A DNA stretch of 64,000 nucleotides from Eledone cirrhosa (lineage: Eukaryota): NCBI GenBank assembly GCA_964016885.1, contig OZ024744.1, forward strand, positions 26,970,001 through 27,034,000, read 5' to 3'. A program made the translations under genes and the position numbers. Below are positions 59,500-64,000 of the stretch, piece by piece (position 1 is the first letter of the stretch; each line of letters starts with the position of its first letter). Below the pieces are notes generated by a model. It was not told where the DNA came from and searched no databases. It saw only the letters and a program-made list of their open reading frames with translations.

Positions 59500-62400
59500 C
59501 TAGGCATCTCAGTGCATGTGGTGGTAAGAAGGGAGGTAACCTTAGGGCCAGGGACACCAGAAGTCTCTACTGTTACGGCTAGGCATCTCAGTGCATGTGG
59601 TAGTAGGAAGGGAGGTAACATTAGGGCCAGGGACACCAGAAGACTCCACTGTTACGGCTAGGCATCTCAGTGCATGTGGTGGTAAGAGGGGAGGTAACCT
59701 TAGGGCCAGGGACACCAGAAGTCTCCACTGTTACGGCTAGGCATGTCAGTGCATGTGGAGGTAAGAAGGGGGGTAACCTTAGGGCCAAGGACACCAGAAG
59801 TCTCCACTGCTACGGCTCGGCATCTCAGTGCATCTGGTGGTAATAAGGGAGGTAACCTTAGGTCCAGGGACACCAGAAGTCTCCACTGTTAAGGCCAGGC
59901 ATCTCAGTGCATGTGGTGGTAAGAAGGGGGGTAACCTTAGGGCCAAGGACACCAGAAGTCTCCACTGTTACGGCTAGGCATCTCAGTGCAAATGGTGGTA
60001 AGATGGGAGGTAACCTTAGGGCCAGGGACACCAGAAGACACCACTGTTACGGCTAGGCATCTCAGTGCATGTGGTGGTAAGAAGGGAGGTAACCTTAGGG
60101 CCAAGGACACCAGAAGTCTCCACTGTTACGGCTAGGCATCTCAGTGCAAATGGTGGTAAGATGGGAGGTAACCTTAGGGCCAGGGACACCAGAAGACACC
60201 ACTGTTACGGCTAGGCATCTCAGTGCATGTGGTGGTAAGAAGGGAGGTAACCTTAGGGCCAAGGACACCAGAAGTCTCCACTGTTACGGCTAGGCATCTC
60301 AGTGCATGTGGTGGTAAGAAGGGAGGTAACCTTCGGGCCAAGGACACCAGAAGTCTCCACTGTTACGGCTAGGCATCTCAGTGCATGTGGTGGTAAGAAG
60401 GGAGGTAACCTTAGGGCCAGGGACACCAGAAGACTCCACTGTTACGGCTAGGCATCTCAGTGCATGTGGTGGTAAGAAGGGAGGTAACCTTAGGGACTAG
60501 GACACCAGAAGTCTCCACTGTTACGTCTAGGCATCTCAGTGCATGTGGTGGTAAGAAAGCAGGTAACCTTAGGGCCAGGGACACCAGAAGTCTCCACTGC
60601 TACGGCGAGGCATCTCAGTGCATGTGGTGGTAAGAAGGGAGGTAACCTTAGGGCCAGGGACTCCAGAAGTCTCCACTGTTACGGCTAGGCATATCAGTGC
60701 AAGTGGTGGTAAGAAAGGAGGTAACCTTAGGGCCAGGGACACCAGAAGTCTCCACTGCTACGGCTAGGCATCTCAGTGCATGTGGTGGTAAGAAGGGAGG
60801 TAACCTTAGGGCCAGGGACACCAGAAGTCTCCACTGTTACGGCTAGGCATCTCAGTGCATGTGGTGGTAAGAAGGGAAGTAACATTAGGGCCAGGGACAC
60901 CAGAAGACTCCACTGTTACGGCTAGGCATCTCAGTGCATGTGGTGGTAAGAGGGGAGGTAACCTTAGGGCCAGGGACACCAGAAGTCTCCACTGTTACGT
61001 CTAGGCATGTCAGTGCATGTGGTGGTAAGAAAGGAGGTAACCTTAGGGCCAAGGACACCAGAAGTCTCCACTGCTACGGCTAGGCATCTCAGTGCATGTG
61101 GTGGTAAGAAGGGAAGGAACCTCAGGGCCAGGGACACCAGAAGTCTCCACTGTTACGGCTAGGCATCTCAGTGCATGTGGTGGTAAGAAGGGAGGGAACC
61201 TTAGGGCCAGGGACACCAGAAGTCTCCACTGTTACGGCTAGGCATCTCAGTGCATGTGGTGTTAAGAAGGGAGGGAACCTTAGGGCCAGGCACATCAGAA
61301 GTCTCCACTGCTTCGGCTAGGCATCTCAGTGCATGTGGTGGTAAGAAAGGAGGTAACCTTAGGTCCAGGGACACCAGAAGTCTCCACTGTTACGGCTAGG
61401 CATCTAAGTGCATTTGGTGGTAAGAAGGGAGGTAACCTTAGGGCCAAGGACACCAGAAGTCTCCACTGCTACGGCTAGGCATCTCAGTGCATGTGGTGGT
61501 AAGAAGGGAGGTAACCTTAGGGCCAGGGACAGCAGAAGTCTCCACTGCTACGGCTAGGCATCTCAGTGCATGTGGTGGCAAGAAGGGAGGTAACCTTAGG
61601 GCCAGGGACACCAGAAGTCTACACTGTTACGGCTAGGCATATCAGTGCATGTGGTGGTAAGAAGGGAGGTAACCTTAGGGCCAGGGACACCAGAAGACTC
61701 CACTGTTACGGCTAGGCATCTCAGTGCATGTGGTGGTAAGAAGGGAGGTGACCTTAGGGCCAGGGACACCAGAAGTCTCCACTGTTACGGCTAGGCATCT
61801 CACTTCAGGTGGTGGTAAAAAGGAAGGTAACGTTAGGGCCAAGGACACCAGAAGTCTCCACTGCTACGGCTAGGCATCTCAGTGCATGTGGTGGTAAGAA
61901 GGGAGGTAACCTTTGGGCCAAGGACACCAGAAGTCACCACTGCTACGGCTAGGCATCTCAGTGCATGTGGTGGTAAGAAGGGAGGTAACCTTAGGGCCAG
62001 GGACACCAGAAGACTCCACTGTTACGGCTAGGAATCTCAGTGCATGTGGTGGTAAGAGGGAGGTAACCTTAGGGCCAGGGACACCAGAAGACTCCACTGT
62101 TACGGCTAGGCATCTCAGTGTATGTGGTGGTAAGAGGGGAGGTAACCTTAGGGCCAGGGACACCAGAAGTCTCCACAGCTGCGGCTAGGCATCTCAGTGC
62201 ATGTGGTGGTAAGAAGGGAGGTAAACTTAGGGCCAAGGACACCAGAACTCTCCACTGCTACGGCTAGGCATCTCAGTGCATGTGGTGGTAAGAAGGGAGG
62301 TAACCTTAGGTCCAGGGACAGCAGAAGTCTCCACTGCTACGGCTAGGCATCTCAGTGCATGTGGTGGTAAGAAGGGAAGGAACCTTAGGGCCAGGGACAC

Positions 62401-64000
62401 CAGAAGTCTCCACTGTTACGGCTAGGCATCTCAGTGCATGTGGTGGTAAGAAGGGAGGGAACCTTAGGGCCAGGGACACCAGAAGTCTCCACTGTTACGG
62501 CTAGGCATCTCAGTGCATGTGGTGGTAACAAGGGAGGGAACCTTAGGGCCAGGCACATCAGAAGTCTCCACTGTTACGGCTAGGCATCTCAGTGCATGTG
62601 GTGGTAAGAAGGGAGGTAACCTTAGGGCCAGGGACACCAGAAGTCTCCAGTGTTCCGGCTAGGCATCTCAGTGCATGTGGTGGTAAGAAGGGAGGTAACC
62701 TTAGGGCCAGGGACACCAGAAGTCTCTACTGTTACGGCTAGGCATCTCAGTGCATGTGGTAGTAGGAAGGGAGGTAACATTAGGGCCAGGGACACCAGAA
62801 GACTCCACTGTTACGGCTAGGCATCTCAGTGCATGTGGTGGTAAGAGGGGAGGTAACCTTAGGGCCAGGGACACCAGAAGTCTCCACTGTTACGGCTAGG
62901 CATGTCAGTGCATGTGGAGGTAAGAAGGGGGGTAACCTTAGGGCCAAGGACACCAGAAGTCTCCACTGCTACGGCTCGGCATCTCAGTGCATCTGGTGGT
63001 AATAAGGGAGGTAACCTTAGGTCCAGGGACACCAGAAGTCTCCACTGTTAAGGCCAGGCATCTCAGTGCATGTGGTGGTAAGAAGGGGGGTAACCTTAGG
63101 GCCAAGGACACCAGAAGTCTCCACTGTTACGGCTAGGCATCTCAGTGCAAATGGTGGTAAGATGGGAGGTAACCTTAGGGCCAGGGACACCAGAAGACAC
63201 CACTGTTACGGCTAGGCATCTCAGTGCATGTGGTGGTAAGAAGGGAGGTAACCTTAGGGCCAAGGACACCAGAAGTCTCCACTGTTACGGCTAGGCATCT
63301 CAGTGCAAATGGTGGTAAGATGGGAGGTAACCTTAGGGCCAGGGACACCAGAAGACACCACTGTTACGGCTAGGCATCTCAGTGCATGTGGTGGTAAGAA
63401 GGGAGGTAACCTTAGGGCCAAGGACACCAGAAGTCTCCACTGTTACGGCTAGGCATCTCAGTGCATGTGGTGGTAAGAAGGGAGGTAACCTTCGGGCCAA
63501 GGACACCAGAAGTCTCCACTGTTACGGCTAGGCATCTCAGTGCATGTGGTGGTAAGAAGGGAGGTAACCTTAGGGCCAGGGACACCAGAAGACTCCACTG
63601 TTACGGCTAGGCATCTCAGTGCATGTGGTGGTAAGAAGGGAGGTAACCTTAGGGACTAGGACACCAGAAGTCTCCACTGTTACGTCTAGGCATCTCAGTG
63701 CATGTGGTGGTAAGAAAGCAGGTAACCTTAGGGCCAGGGACACCAGAAGTCTCCACTGCTACGGCGAGGCATCTCAGTGCATGTGGTGGTAAGAAGGGAG
63801 GTAACCTTAGGGCCAGGGACTCCAGAAGTCTCCACTGTTACGGCTAGGCATATCAGTGCAAGTGGTGGTAAGAAAGGAGGTAACCTTAGGGCCAGGGACA
63901 CCAGAAGTCTCCACTGCTACGGCTAGGCATCTCAGTGCATGTGGTGGTAAGAAGGGAGGTAACCTTAGGGCCAGGGACACCAGAAGTCTCCACTGTTACG
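59500..64000 (+). repeat. 40-monomer (3159-bp offset) duplication: about 59500..60841 recurs at about 62659..64000 (to the window end)
   Basis: AAGTCTCTAC 59561/62720, plus TAGTAGGAAG, GGCTCGGC, paired GCAAATGG monomers, CTTCGGG, GGGACTAGG and GCAAGTGG, all repeated at +3159. Confidence 0.92.

Larger units (their letters stand above)
1..64000. repeat. Tandem satellite DNA array, 79-bp monomer, about 810 copies, single orientation, running off both window ends
   Basis: The motifs GGTAACCTTAGGG, GACACCAGAAG and GGCATCTCAGTGCATGTGGTGG recur every 79 bp (occasionally 78 or 80) on every line. No non-repeat sequence was seen, and no reverse-complement monomers (e.g. CCCTAAGGTTACC) on the + strand. 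Confidence 0.99.

Noticed and set aside
184-62188. About 200 short ORFs on both strands (HVVVRREVTLGPGTPEVST..., SLALRLPPFLPPHALRC...)
   Set aside because: They are translations of the same 79-bp unit. The frame shifts each monomer and meets TAA/TAG within about three units. They exceed 60 aa only where indels or substitutions remove stops, many use non-ATG starts, and there is no gene context.
1-64000. CRISPR array
   Set aside because: There are no unique spacers, the whole 79 bp is repeated, and no cas genes or leader are present.
1-64000. Coding tandem repeat such as a C2H2 zinc-finger array or mucin VNTR
   Set aside because: The unit is not a multiple of 3, stops are frequent, and there is no CxxC..HxxxH pattern or TGEKP linker.
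1-64000. Fixed dimeric (158-bp) A/B monomer alternation
   Set aside because: The CCAGG/CCAAG and TGTTA/TGCTA states do not alternate regularly. Only isolated dimer duplications are seen.
1-64000. Transposon insertion or strand inversion within the array
   Set aside because: No non-satellite sequence, target-site duplication or reverse-orientation monomer was seen on reading through.

Overview
The whole 64-kb window is one uninterrupted, single-orientation, head-to-tail satellite array of about 810 monomers (64000/79). The consensus monomer is 79 bp, 54% GC by hand count (G26 A20 C17 T16): GGTAAGAAGGGAGGTAACCTTAGGGCCAGGGACACCAGAAGTCTCCACTGTTACGGCTAGGCATCTCAGTGCATGTGGT, with an exact copy at 12321..12399. 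I see no unique sequence, transposon insertion, inversion, RNA gene or credible protein-coding gene. All ORFs in the track are translations of the monomer in shifting frames (79 mod 3 = 1). The informative structure lies in the variants. There are 78/80-bp indel monomers and diagnostic multi-nucleotide variants confined to sub-domains. There is also a patchwork of local duplications with many different periods (1, 2, 5, 14/15, 16, 22, 26, 27, 33-37, 40, 64, 65, 73 and 79 monomers) rather than one canonical higher-order repeat. Each monomer carries one TTAGGG overlapping two interrupted palindromes, a nested inverted repeat, a single CpG that rarely decays, and, on the + strand, TGCATG followed by a GTG|GTAAGA donor-like motif. 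It is most consistent with eukaryotic (peri)centromeric or subtelomeric satellite DNA. I cannot name the family or organism, and block boundaries were read by eye, so they are approximate.
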